Assembly (NCBI GenBank): GCA_045613985.1
Contig: JAZLCA010000019.1
Location: forward strand, 28,345 to 92,344
Direction: 5' to 3'
Origin: Eubacteriales bacterium
GTDB lineage: Bacteria; Bacillota; Clostridia; Oscillospirales; CAG-272
DNA length: 64,000 nucleotides
Position numbers and translations under genes: made by a program. Below the pieces are notes generated by a model. The model saw nothing but the letters and a program-made list of their open reading frames with translations, was not told where the DNA came from and ran no database searches. This document shows, piece after piece, positions 49,510 to 57,491 of the stretch. The number at the start of each line of letters is the position of its first letter. The stretch's first letter is position 1.

Positions 49510-49929
49510 TCATTGAACGGAAACAGAATTCTTTTGAAGGTAGTAACGCGCTACGATTTCTTCTCCTTCGAAATCCACGTCGCAGCACTGCTTGCGCTTA
49601 CCGTTTCCTATCAAAAGCTTAAAATGATCATTGTCGATCCACTCACCAAAAAGCCGTGCGCTTTTCTTGGTGAACACGACGAGCTTGCAATTGTCTTCGC
49701 TGTCTTCCGTCATGGCTTTGATGCGAATAAAAGTAAGCCCCTTTGCGGTTTTGGAAGAGCCATACGACAGTGTCACAAAATGATCACCGTCGGGAGACGT
49801 AAAGCTATGCTCACAAAGATCACCCTTGATCTCTTTTGCGACCTTGTTGATCGCTATCGCTCCCGCAACTGTAGTTGCGACACCAACAGCAACGCCTGCG
49901 ACAAATTCAAATACGCCGTTTTTCTTCAT
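49510..49929 (-). CDS. Hypothetical protein with an N-terminal membrane anchor
   Basis: GGAGGA RBS before MKKNGV; hydrophobic Gly/Ala-rich N-terminal helix; downstream hairpin at about 49442-49475. Confidence 0.6.
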   Translation of the reverse strand: MKKNGVFEFVAGVAVGVATTVAGAIAINKVAKEIKGDLCEHSFTSPDGDHFVTLSYGSSKTAKGLTFIRIKAMTEDSEDNCKLVVFTKKSARLFGEWIDNDHFKLLIGNGKRKQCCDVDFEGEEIVARYYLQKNSVSVQ

Positions 49930-50044
49930 AACCATCCTCCACAAGATCTTTTTGTTTATTATAACACACCCCAGCATCAATTGCAACAAGTTTGAGCAAA
50001 GAAAAATCAATGCGAGCAATAGATAACTTGAATTCACCGAATCA

Positions 50045-50078
50045 AAAACCGCCATTTGCAAATGCAAATGGCGGTTTT
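50045..50078 (-). terminator. Intrinsic terminator
   Basis: Perfect inverted repeat aaaaccgccatttgca-aa-tgcaaatggcggtttt. Confidence 0.85.
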
Positions 50079-50091
50079 AAGATCTTTAATT

Positions 50092-51075
50092 TTACTTCTT
50101 GCGAGCTGCAATCGTAGCCCATGCGCCTGCCAGGATCATGGTCAAAATTGCGCCCATAGACAGCGCACCCTTGCAACCCTTCTTAGCGGGTTCTTCAGGA
50201 GTCTCGGGAGTCTGGGGAGTCTCGGGAGTCTCGGGAGTCTCGGGAGTTTCAGGAGTCTCGGGAGTCTCGGGGTTTTCGGGAGTTTCGGGAGTTTCAGGAG
50301 TTTCAGGAGTCTCGGGAGTTTCGGGAGTTTCAGGAGTTTCAGGAGTCTCGGGAGTTTCGGGAGTCTCGGGAGTTTCGGGAGTCTCGGGAGTTTCGGGAGT
50401 CTCGGGAGTTTCAGGAGTCTCGGGGGTTTCAACTACTTCTTCAATGTCCCAAAGCTCGATCTCGGAAACGCGGAAACGGTTGTCGTTGCCAGTCAAATTG
50501 CAGTAAGTACCGTAAATACGGACGGCCTTTGCCTCAACAGGCTCCTCAAAGAAAACAGCATAGCCATCTTCGTTGGAGATTTCATCGGTAGTCTTTTCAG
50601 CAATCTTGACCCACTCGGTCAAAGGCTTTTCGAGATCATCGGTAGCATAAGCTTCCCAGTGATAGATAGCGGCTTCGTTGACCAGAGTACCGACGCGAAT
50701 ACCGTCGATCTCGCAAATCTCGTCCAGGTTGACCTGGAACCAAGCGCCGCAATCTTCGTTGGAGCAAGAAGGACACGTCTGTCCAATGGGATTTTCTACA
50801 GGTACAGAGTGACCACCGTGGCCGGCAGTCCAGTAATTATCACTTGCTCTGTCGCCAACGAAACCATCGGTGATTTCGGGCATCTCGTATCCTGCGGTTT
50901 TTCTGTCGGTCTTGATAACGCAAGATCTGTTGCCTGCGATGATGTTGGTGCCGTTTTCGGGAGCCTCCCAAGGCTCAGCCGTCAAGGGAGCATCTTCTGC
51001 TGCGGCCGTAAAGGTAAACGTCAAAACCATTACCAACGACAAAACCACAGCAAGAATTCTTCTCGTATTTTTCAT
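50092..51075 (-). CDS. Secreted surface protein with a discoidin/F5-8C (CBM32-like) domain, a PET-repeat stalk and a C-terminal TM anchor
   Basis: Signal peptide ending TAAA|E; ITDG...W...WFQVNL...AKAVRIY...VSEIELW discoidin pattern; (PET)n; KKGC-TM-RKK tail. Confidence 0.78.
   Translation of the reverse strand: MKNTRRILAVVLSLVMVLTFTFTAAAEDAPLTAEPWEAPENGTNIIAGNRSCVIKTDRKTAGYEMPEITDGFVGDRASDNYWTAGHGGHSVPVENPIGQTCPSCSNEDCGAWFQVNLDEICEIDGIRVGTLVNEAAIYHWEAYATDDLEKPLTEWVKIAEKTTDEISNEDGYAVFFEEPVEAKAVRIYGTYCNLTGNDNRFRVSEIELWDIEEVVETPETPETPETPETPETPETPETPETPETPETPETPETPETPETPETPETPENPETPETPETPETPETPETPQTPETPEEPAKKGCKGALSMGAILTMILAGAWATIAARKK
50198..50431. repeat. Coding 9-bp tandem repeat, 26 units (PET tripeptide)
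   Basis: GGAGT(C/T)TC(G/A) units spanning 234 bp, with mostly synonymous variation. Confidence 0.95.
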
Positions 51076-51171
51076 GATTTTTCTCCTTAAAAAAGTGTTT
51101 TGGGAATATTCACTTCATTCATGACAAAATCATTCCCGAAATAAACCCCCATTGGAACTTGGCTTGGACTA

Positions 51172-51200
51172 ATTATATCGCAGTTAAAAAATTTTGTCAA
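51172..51200 (-). promoter_or_regulatory. sigmaA promoter of the discoidin protein
   Basis: TTGACA-17 bp-TATAAT on the minus strand. Confidence 0.75.
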
Positions 51201-51235
51201 TAGCTATATTTTATCTTAAATCTACAATTTCAACG

Positions 51236-52270
51236 TCAAAGAAAAGAAAGGAGAGTATCGACCGCTTCCTCTGTAGTTGCCCAGCTTGTGGTTATTCTTA
51301 CCAGTCTCATATCATCGCTCACATCGCCGTATGGCCCCCAATCGTCAAGAGCAATCTTCCCTTCCAATGAATCCAGCGTTTTCTTTGAAATGATCGGGAA
51401 CTGCTGATTGGTATAGGAATCATTGTAAAAATTGTATCCTTTGGCTTTCAGTTCGCTTTTGATTCGCATGGCAAGCTTAACCGCGTGATCGGCAATCTTT
51501 TCATAAAGACCATCCGTAAATAATTCGTCAAACTGTATGCCGAGCATACGCCCTTTGGCCAAAAGCGCGCCGTGCTGCTTGATTTCCGTAAAAAAGGAAT
51601 CTCCAAGATCGGGACTGGTAAATGCCACCGCCTCACCGAAAAGAGCTCCTACCTTTGTTCCGCCGATATAAAAGACGTCGCAAAGCTCGGCAATATCCGA
51701 AAGAGTCAGATCACTCCCCTGTGACACAAGACCGTATCCGAGGCGTGCGCCATCAAGAAACAGTCTCATTCCATATTCATCGCAAAGAGAGCGCAACGAA
51801 GCCAGTTCGTCCTTGGAATAGAGCGTACCATACTCCGAAGGATGAGAAACGTAGATCGCACCGGGACGAACCATATGCTGCCACGCCCCGTCAGCATAAA
51901 AGCTCTCGAGGAATGCCTTTGCCCTGTCGTAAGCCACCTTTCCGTCCTTCTCGGGGATGGTGATGACTTTGTGTCCCGAATACTCGATCGCACCGGCCTC
52001 GTGAACGGCAACGTGTCCCGTGTCGGCCGCCAGCACACCTTCATATCTTTTAAGTATAGAATCCAGAACCGTATAATTGGTCTGCGTTCCGCCAACCATG
52101 AAGTACACCTTGGCGTCAGGAGCATTGCACGCGGCACGGATCTTGTCCTTCGCGCTGTCGCTTATGGGATCAAGACCGTATCCGGGCGTCTGTATGAAAT
52201 TCGTCTTTACAAGTCTGTCAATGATGTTGGGATGCGCTCCCTCAAGATAATCGCTGTTAAATCTGTACAT
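51236..52270 (-). CDS. Low-specificity threonine aldolase family PLP enzyme
   Basis: F.SDY.EGAHP, GGTQTN, HEAGAIE, DGARLGY and YIGGTK motifs. Confidence 0.88.
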   Translation of the reverse strand: MYRFNSDYLEGAHPNIIDRLVKTNFIQTPGYGLDPISDSAKDKIRAACNAPDAKVYFMVGGTQTNYTVLDSILKRYEGVLAADTGHVAVHEAGAIEYSGHKVITIPEKDGKVAYDRAKAFLESFYADGAWQHMVRPGAIYVSHPSEYGTLYSKDELASLRSLCDEYGMRLFLDGARLGYGLVSQGSDLTLSDIAELCDVFYIGGTKVGALFGEAVAFTSPDLGDSFFTEIKQHGALLAKGRMLGIQFDELFTDGLYEKIADHAVKLAMRIKSELKAKGYNFYNDSYTNQQFPIISKKTLDSLEGKIALDDWGPYGDVSDDMRLVRITTSWATTEEAVDTLLSFL

Positions 52271-52431
52271 ATTCTTTCCTTTTCTGTTGCTTGTTGAAAA
52301 TTCAAGATGCGGATAGACTCATCCTCCGGCGGTGATGAGTCGTTAAAAAGGCGAAAGATATTAGAATTTTCACTTCTATGCCGGTAAACGAATCCATGTA
52401 CTATTACACTTTCGTATTTTAGAATATTACA

Positions 52432-53469
52432 TCACATCAATCCCATACACCAAATAACACCAAGTGCTGTTAGTGTTACCAGCGTATCAATAGTGATTCC
52501 ATAGAACATAGGTTTAAGACCGGCTTTCTTGAAATCTGTAATGCTCGTTCCCAAACCAATAGCAGCTAATGCAGTAACCATCAAAAACTTACTGGTGTTT
52601 TTGAGAATCTCCGAGGCTGCCACAGGGATGCATCCGACACTGTTCAAGATTGCCAACAACAAGAAACCGCAGATAAACCAAGGAATAATCTTCACCAAAT
52701 TTACTTTCTGGCCCTTATTCGCTTCTTTCAATTCTTTTTGCTTCATGCGAGTGCCGATATATGCAAAAACCAACACGGTAGGGATGATGGCAATCGTTCT
52801 TGTGAGTTTAACCATTGTGGCAAAGTCGCCTGCTATCTCGGAGAAAGCATATCCGGAGGCAACAACACTTGCCGTATCATTTACGGATGTTCCGGCCCAA
52901 ATGCCGTAAGCGATGTCTGACATTCCAAGTGCTCTTCCCATGATGGGATATAATGCGATCATCGCCATATCGAAAAGGAAGGTAGAGGACATAGCAAAAG
53001 CAATATCTTTATCATCAGCATCGATCACGGGAGCGATAGCTGCTACAGCGGAACCGCCACAAATACCTGTGCCTGCCGAAATAAGGTTGCTCAACTTCCA
53101 GTTTAAGCCGAAAAGTTTGCGAATAAAATATCCTCCGCCAAAACACACGGTAAACGTAAATATCATCACAAAAAACGTCATCTTGCCTACGGACATGATC
53201 GTGTTGATGGATAATGAAGCGCCCAAAAGGATAATTGCAACCTTCAATATCTTTTTGGAGGTAAATTTGAGCGCGGGCTTCATCCATGCCGGATGAAAAA
53301 AACTGTTTATGATAGTGCCCATAAACAAAGCGATAATGGACGCGCCAAGTAACTCCCCAGGTATCAGTTTCTCCACTAAAATGGACAAACCGGCTACTGT
53401 AAAGCAAATAACAATTCCCAGTATAAACATACCTCGTTCTTTGATTTTAGATATCATAATGTAATACAT
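52432..53469 (-). CDS. YeiH / putative sulfate exporter family membrane protein
   Basis: AGTGICGGSAVAA, WAGTSVND and VKLTR motifs. Confidence 0.9.
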   Translation of the reverse strand: MYYIMISKIKERGMFILGIVICFTVAGLSILVEKLIPGELLGASIIALFMGTIINSFFHPAWMKPALKFTSKKILKVAIILLGASLSINTIMSVGKMTFFVMIFTFTVCFGGGYFIRKLFGLNWKLSNLISAGTGICGGSAVAAIAPVIDADDKDIAFAMSSTFLFDMAMIALYPIMGRALGMSDIAYGIWAGTSVNDTASVVASGYAFSEIAGDFATMVKLTRTIAIIPTVLVFAYIGTRMKQKELKEANKGQKVNLVKIIPWFICGFLLLAILNSVGCIPVAASEILKNTSKFLMVTALAAIGLGTSITDFKKAGLKPMFYGITIDTLVTLTALGVIWCMGLM

Positions 53470-53547
53470 CTCCCGAGTTTTTCTTGTTTTAGATTTTTCC
53501 TTTTGTTTTATTAAGCCGGAGGAGCAAACGAAGCTATGTAATAAACT

Positions 53548-54021
53548 TTACCAAGGTCTATCTTCGCGCAAATTGTTCCAATAGTAACTGACTTCGGGCG
53601 CGGATATCTTCATGATACACTCTTTGCGGCGTGGCTTTTTATCAAATTTAAGCTCGCACTCAACCATTCTGGCATGGTATTCAATGTATTGAGACAAAAA
53701 TTCCAATTTGCATTTTCCGTTATTGACTTCATTCACCAATTTCTGAACCGTCCATTCGGTTCGAATTGTTTTTTTAAAAAAGGATTTTTCAAATACATAT
53801 ACGGTAACATCGTAGTCCTCACCATCCTCTAAGGTGTACTCCACCTTGGAAAAATCCGTTCTCACAAGTTTGGATAGATTACTTTCGGGGTGGTCGGGCG
53901 AGACCCAAAATCCATCATTAAATTCGAATCCTAACTTGCCGTTTTCGAAATATGCTCGTTCAGCAATACAATCGTGTAAAGTTAGGTGTTCTTCGTTATG
54001 ATCACAATGGGAAAATTTCAT
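53548..54021 (-). CDS. Hypothetical protein (AT-rich)
   Basis: 157-aa ORF with a GGTG RBS-like site; no family recognised. Confidence 0.55.
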   Translation of the reverse strand: MKFSHCDHNEEHLTLHDCIAERAYFENGKLGFEFNDGFWVSPDHPESNLSKLVRTDFSKVEYTLEDGEDYDVTVYVFEKSFFKKTIRTEWTVQKLVNEVNNGKCKLEFLSQYIEYHARMVECELKFDKKPRRKECIMKISAPEVSYYWNNLREDRPW

Positions 54022-54139
54022 ATCAATTCAGCACCGCCTTTCTTCATTCATTGTACCACAAATCCGTGGGGAGTGCAAGGGGGGAATAAAAAATGTATCG
54101 TCTGCGGCAAAATGATGTTGTGTCCTGCGGACACAAATG

Positions 54140-54340
54140 AAAAAATCCAAGTCGAATTTCGACTTGGATTTTTTGGCAGGGGCAGGGGGATTCTGAACCC
54201 CGAACTCGCCTGCGGCGAGTTCATCAAGCCGCACCGAGATAACAGAAACGAGAGTGTTAGAGGCGGCTTGAACGCATCTTCTCAAGCTCCCACCGCTTGC
54301 CAAAACAAAAAACCACCGATAAATCGGTGGTTTTTTGTTT
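54140..54340 (-). repeat. Duplicated tRNA-Trp 3' end (att-like) with an intervening structured segment and two terminator hairpins
   Basis: TGGCAGGGGCAGGGGGATTCTGAACCC (54174-54200) versus TGGCAGGGGCAGGAGGATTCGAACCC (54341-54366); palindromes at 54140-54174 and 54298-54345. Confidence 0.8.
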
Positions 54341-54416
54341 TGGCAGGGGCAGGAGGATTCGAACCCGCGACCCACGGTTTTGGAGACCGGTACTCTACCA
54401 GCTGAGCTATACCCCT
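54341..54416 (-). tRNA. tRNA-Trp (CCA)
   Basis: Reverse complement AGGGGTATAGCTCAGCTGGTAGAGTACCGGTCTCCAAAACCGTGGGTCGCGGGTTCGAATCCTCCTGCCCCTGCCA: 76 nt, CCA anticodon, encoded 3' CCA; upstream TTGCAT-17-TATAAT promoter at 54443-54471. Confidence 0.97.
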
Positions 54417-54598
54417 GTGGTTGTGATTTTCACAACAGCGGTATTATAACACAACTCAAATAAAAATGCAAGAGGTTTTTGAAAATTTCTTTCAATTCTT
54501 TTTATTTTCTTTTGATTATTCGTAAAAAACACCGCTAAAACACAGACAGAGCGAAAAAACCGCATGATTTTCCGCCCTGTCTATGCAATTTTTGAGGG

Positions 54599-55156
54599 TT
54601 AGATCTCGGTGCCGTCCGCGCGGAATAGGGGTAACACCTGAAGATACTGAATATCTTCTCTGTCCTTAGCATCGCCTTCTGCCAGCACGGCCATTTTACC
54701 AACGACAATACCGCCTGCATGTGCAACAAGCTCCTCTATGGCTCGCAGAGAATCGCCCGTGCTGATCACGTCGTCAACGATCAGAACACGTTTGCCACGC
54801 ATGAACTCCGCATCCTTGCCATCAAGGTAAAGCGTCTGTTTTTTTGCTGTCGTGATGGAGTTGACTTCGCAGGAGAAGGTATCACTCATATACAGCTTTT
54901 GCATTTTTCTTGCTACGATATAGTTATTCTCCCCCGCCTGACGAGCCATCTCATAAAGAAGCGGAATTCCTTTGCTTTCGGAAGTGATCATGATGTCGTG
55001 CTCCGGCGCAATTTTAAGAAGCTCACGGGCGCAAGCGACCGTCAGCTCAACGTCGCCGAATATGATGAATGCTCCAATATACAGCTCCTCATTCAGCGGA
55101 CATAGGGGAAGTTCCCTTTTAAGACCGGCAATCTGGATAGGATAAAAATTTCTCAT
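54599..55156 (-). CDS. Purine (adenine/xanthine-type) phosphoribosyltransferase family protein
   Basis: ESKGIP, ARK and VLIVDDVISTGDS PRPP-binding motif; start at MRNFYP after GGAGGAG; divergent from the NCS2 permease. Confidence 0.85.
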   Translation of the reverse strand: MRNFYPIQIAGLKRELPLCPLNEELYIGAFIIFGDVELTVACARELLKIAPEHDIMITSESKGIPLLYEMARQAGENNYIVARKMQKLYMSDTFSCEVNSITTAKKQTLYLDGKDAEFMRGKRVLIVDDVISTGDSLRAIEELVAHAGGIVVGKMAVLAEGDAKDREDIQYLQVLPLFRADGTEI

Positions 55157-55195
55157 TTGGATGCTCCTCCGCAATTTCAATATTTTGCTACTATA

Positions 55196-55304
55196 ATTGT
55201 AAGGTAAACTTGACCGAATGTCAAGAATTACAACAATAAAAAACCAAAAATTTCCGCATAATTTGTTCAAATATATTGATTTTTGTGAACGAATCGTGTA
55301 TAAT
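55196..55304. promoter_or_regulatory. Divergent sigmaA promoters for the PRTase and the NCS2 permease
   Basis: Minus strand TTGACA (55224-55219)-17-TACAAT; plus strand TTGATT (55276)-17-TATAAT (55299). Confidence 0.65.
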
Positions 55305-55338
55305 GTGTTTACTATTTAAAAAGGAGGTCGAAAAATTT

Positions 55339-56787
55339 ATGGACAAATTTTTCAAAATCACCGAACGGGGATCCAACATTAGAAAAGAGATCGTCGGCGG
55401 TCTTACCACATTTTTTGCCATGGCGTACATCATCTTCGTCAACCCCGCTCAAGTAGCAGCGGAAGGCGCAGGTGGATGGTTAGCCGGTGCAGGTGCTGAT
55501 GCCGTTGCTTTGGGCAGAATCTGGAATTCTGTCTTCGTCGCTTCCGTACTCATTGCTTGCATTGGTACCTTGCTGTACGCTTTCTACGCAAAGCTCCCCT
55601 ACGCGCAGGCCTGCGGTATGGGTTTGAACTCCTTCTTCTGCACTTGCTTTATCTCGGGTGCATACTTTGCAGGCGTTGACCTCATCGGCGGCTACCATTC
55701 CGGTATGGTCATCGTATTCATTTCCGGTATCATCTTCATGCTGCTTTCCGTCACAGGCGCAAGACAGTACATTGCCAAAGCAATGCCCGACTGCCTCAAA
55801 AAGTCCATTCCCGCAGGTATCGGTCTGTTCATTGCTTTCATCGGCTTTAAGAACGCCGGACTGGTCACCGCTAACCAGTACACCTTCGTTCAGTTTATCG
55901 ACGTTAAGAGTGCACTTGCCGGTGGCGCTGAAGGCTGGCGCAATCTGCTCGCTCCCGCTCTTATCGCCTTCCTTGGCCTGATCATCATTTCCGTTCTCAC
56001 CAAAAAGGCCGTCAAGGGTGCTGTTATTCTCGGCATTCTGGCTTCCGCTGTTCTTTACTACCTGTTCACCTGGCAGCTTCCCCAGTTTGACTTCTCCTCC
56101 ATCGGCCAGTCCTTCAAGGACTTTGGCGAGATCGGTGTGACCGGTTTGTTCGACCCTGAAGCGTGGAATCTCGCCTTCAACGGCGCACACATCGGTGGTA
56201 TCTTCTCTGCTATCGTTCTGATCATCTCCTTCTGCATCGTCGATATGTTTGACACCGTCGGTACGCTGTACGGTACGGCAACCGAGGCAGGTATGTTGGA
56301 CGAAAACGGTGACCCCATCGACATGGACAAGGCTATGACTTGCGACTCCATCGGTACTCTGACCGGTGCCGCTCTGGGTACTTCCACCTGCACGACCTTC
56401 GTTGAGAGTGCCTCCGGCGTTGCCGCAGGTGCCAGAACCGGTCTTGCCAGCCTGGTAACCTCGATTTGCTTCCTGGCTTGCCTGTTCCTGACTCCTTTGG
56501 CAAGCATCGTTCCCTCTTGCGCAACTGCTCCCGCTCTTATCTTCGTCGGCGTTCTGATGCTCAAAAATTTTGCGAACGTAGATATGTCTGATATAAGAAG
56601 TGCCGTTCCCGCCTTCTTTACTCTGATCATGATGCCTCTGACCTACTCCATTTCCAACGGTATCGGTATCGGTTGCATCTCCTACGTTCTCATCACTCTG
56701 CTGACCGGCAAGTTCACCAAGAAGGATATTGTTGCAACGCTGATTGCCGTTATCTTCCTGGCTAAGTTTGCATTTGTAACCATGTAA
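55339..56787 (+). CDS. NCS2/AzgA-family purine permease
   Basis: EIVGGLTTFFAMAYIIFVNP, GMGLN, DMFDTVGT and ESASGVAAGARTG motifs; start after AAGGAGG. Confidence 0.93.
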   Translation: MDKFFKITERGSNIRKEIVGGLTTFFAMAYIIFVNPAQVAAEGAGGWLAGAGADAVALGRIWNSVFVASVLIACIGTLLYAFYAKLPYAQACGMGLNSFFCTCFISGAYFAGVDLIGGYHSGMVIVFISGIIFMLLSVTGARQYIAKAMPDCLKKSIPAGIGLFIAFIGFKNAGLVTANQYTFVQFIDVKSALAGGAEGWRNLLAPALIAFLGLIIISVLTKKAVKGAVILGILASAVLYYLFTWQLPQFDFSSIGQSFKDFGEIGVTGLFDPEAWNLAFNGAHIGGIFSAIVLIISFCIVDMFDTVGTLYGTATEAGMLDENGDPIDMDKAMTCDSIGTLTGAALGTSTCTTFVESASGVAAGARTGLASLVTSICFLACLFLTPLASIVPSCATAPALIFVGVLMLKNFANVDMSDIRSAVPAFFTLIMMPLTYSISNGIGIGCISYVLITLLTGKFTKKDIVATLIAVIFLAKFAFVTM

Positions 56788-56802
56788 TCATCACGAGCAA
56801 TC

Positions 56803-56850
56803 CCAATCTGCCGAAAAGGTCGAGTTACTTTTTCGGCAGATTTTTTCCTT
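56803..56850 (+). terminator. Intrinsic terminator
   Basis: aatctgccgaaaa / ttttcggcagatt stem followed by a T tract. Confidence 0.8.
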
Positions 56851-56933
56851 TTTTATCAAAAATGCTGTAACCTTCTTGATGAGAATTTTGTGTATAGTAG
56901 TGAAAGGCCTTATCAATGAACGAAAGGAGTACC

Positions 56934-57491
56934 ATGATGCAGGACTGTAACATCGTAGAATTATATTGGCAGCGAGACGAGAAAGCAATCAAGGAAACCG
57001 CCGAAAAATACGGCGGATACTGCTATCGCATCGCTTACAATATTCTGTATTCCGACCTTGATGCCGAGGAATGTGTCAACGACACCTACGTCAAGGCTTG
57101 GGAGAGTATGCCGCCCGCAAAGCCCGAGAAGCTGTCGACCTATCTTGGCAAGCTCACCCGCCACATTGCCCTCAACCGCTACATACACGACCGCGCGCAA
57201 AAACGCAACAAGGCGGCAGATCTCGTATTCGACGAGATCGCGGAGCTGATTCCCGACGGTGCGACGAGCAATCTTCCCGACGAAGTGGCGCTCAAAGACG
57301 TCATCAACCGTTTTGTCGGCGCGCTTCCCTCCTTGACGCGTGTTGTTTTCGTGCGCCGCTACTGGTACGTAAGCACGATCAAGAACATCGCCAAGGACTA
57401 CGGATTGAGTGAAAGCAACGTCAAGGTCATGCTGCTCCGAACCAGAAACAAATTCAAAGCATTTTTGGAGAAAGAAGGTATTACGCTATGA
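56934..57491 (+). CDS. ECF-family RNA polymerase sigma factor
   Basis: D.NIVELYWQRDEKAI, DAEECVNDTY.KAW...PP and VKV.L.RTR; start after AAAGGAG; paralog of 38745-39341. Confidence 0.92.
   Translation: MMQDCNIVELYWQRDEKAIKETAEKYGGYCYRIAYNILYSDLDAEECVNDTYVKAWESMPPAKPEKLSTYLGKLTRHIALNRYIHDRAQKRNKAADLVFDEIAELIPDGATSNLPDEVALKDVINRFVGALPSLTRVVFVRRYWYVSTIKNIAKDYGLSESNVKVMLLRTRNKFKAFLEKEGITL

Noticed and set aside
50198-50431. Possible CRISPR array
   Set aside because: The 9-bp units are contiguous with no spacers, lie inside a CDS, and there are no cas genes.
50056-51090. Plus-strand ORFs with (GSL/GSF)n or (SGV)n repeats, and the minus-strand (PRL/PKL)n ORF
   Set aside because: These are alternative readings of the 9-bp repeat. 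Only the PET frame has a promoter, RBS, signal peptide and anchor.
52271-52431. Possible glycine or other riboswitch upstream of the threonine aldolase gene (hairpin gactcatc/gatgagtc at about 52316-52341)
   Set aside because: There are no glycine-aptamer or T-box motifs, only one short hairpin of unclear role.
54174-54200. A second tRNA-Trp gene
   Set aside because: Only the 3' ~27 nt are duplicated, with an insertion in the T-loop and no D or anticodon arm. It is reported as a repeat instead.
54028-54405. ORFs overlapping tRNA-Trp and its downstream repeat
   Set aside because: They overlap structured non-coding sequence and show no coding signals.
55305-55338. Purine riboswitch before the NCS2 permease
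   Set aside because: The predicted leader is about 30 nt, too short for the aptamer.
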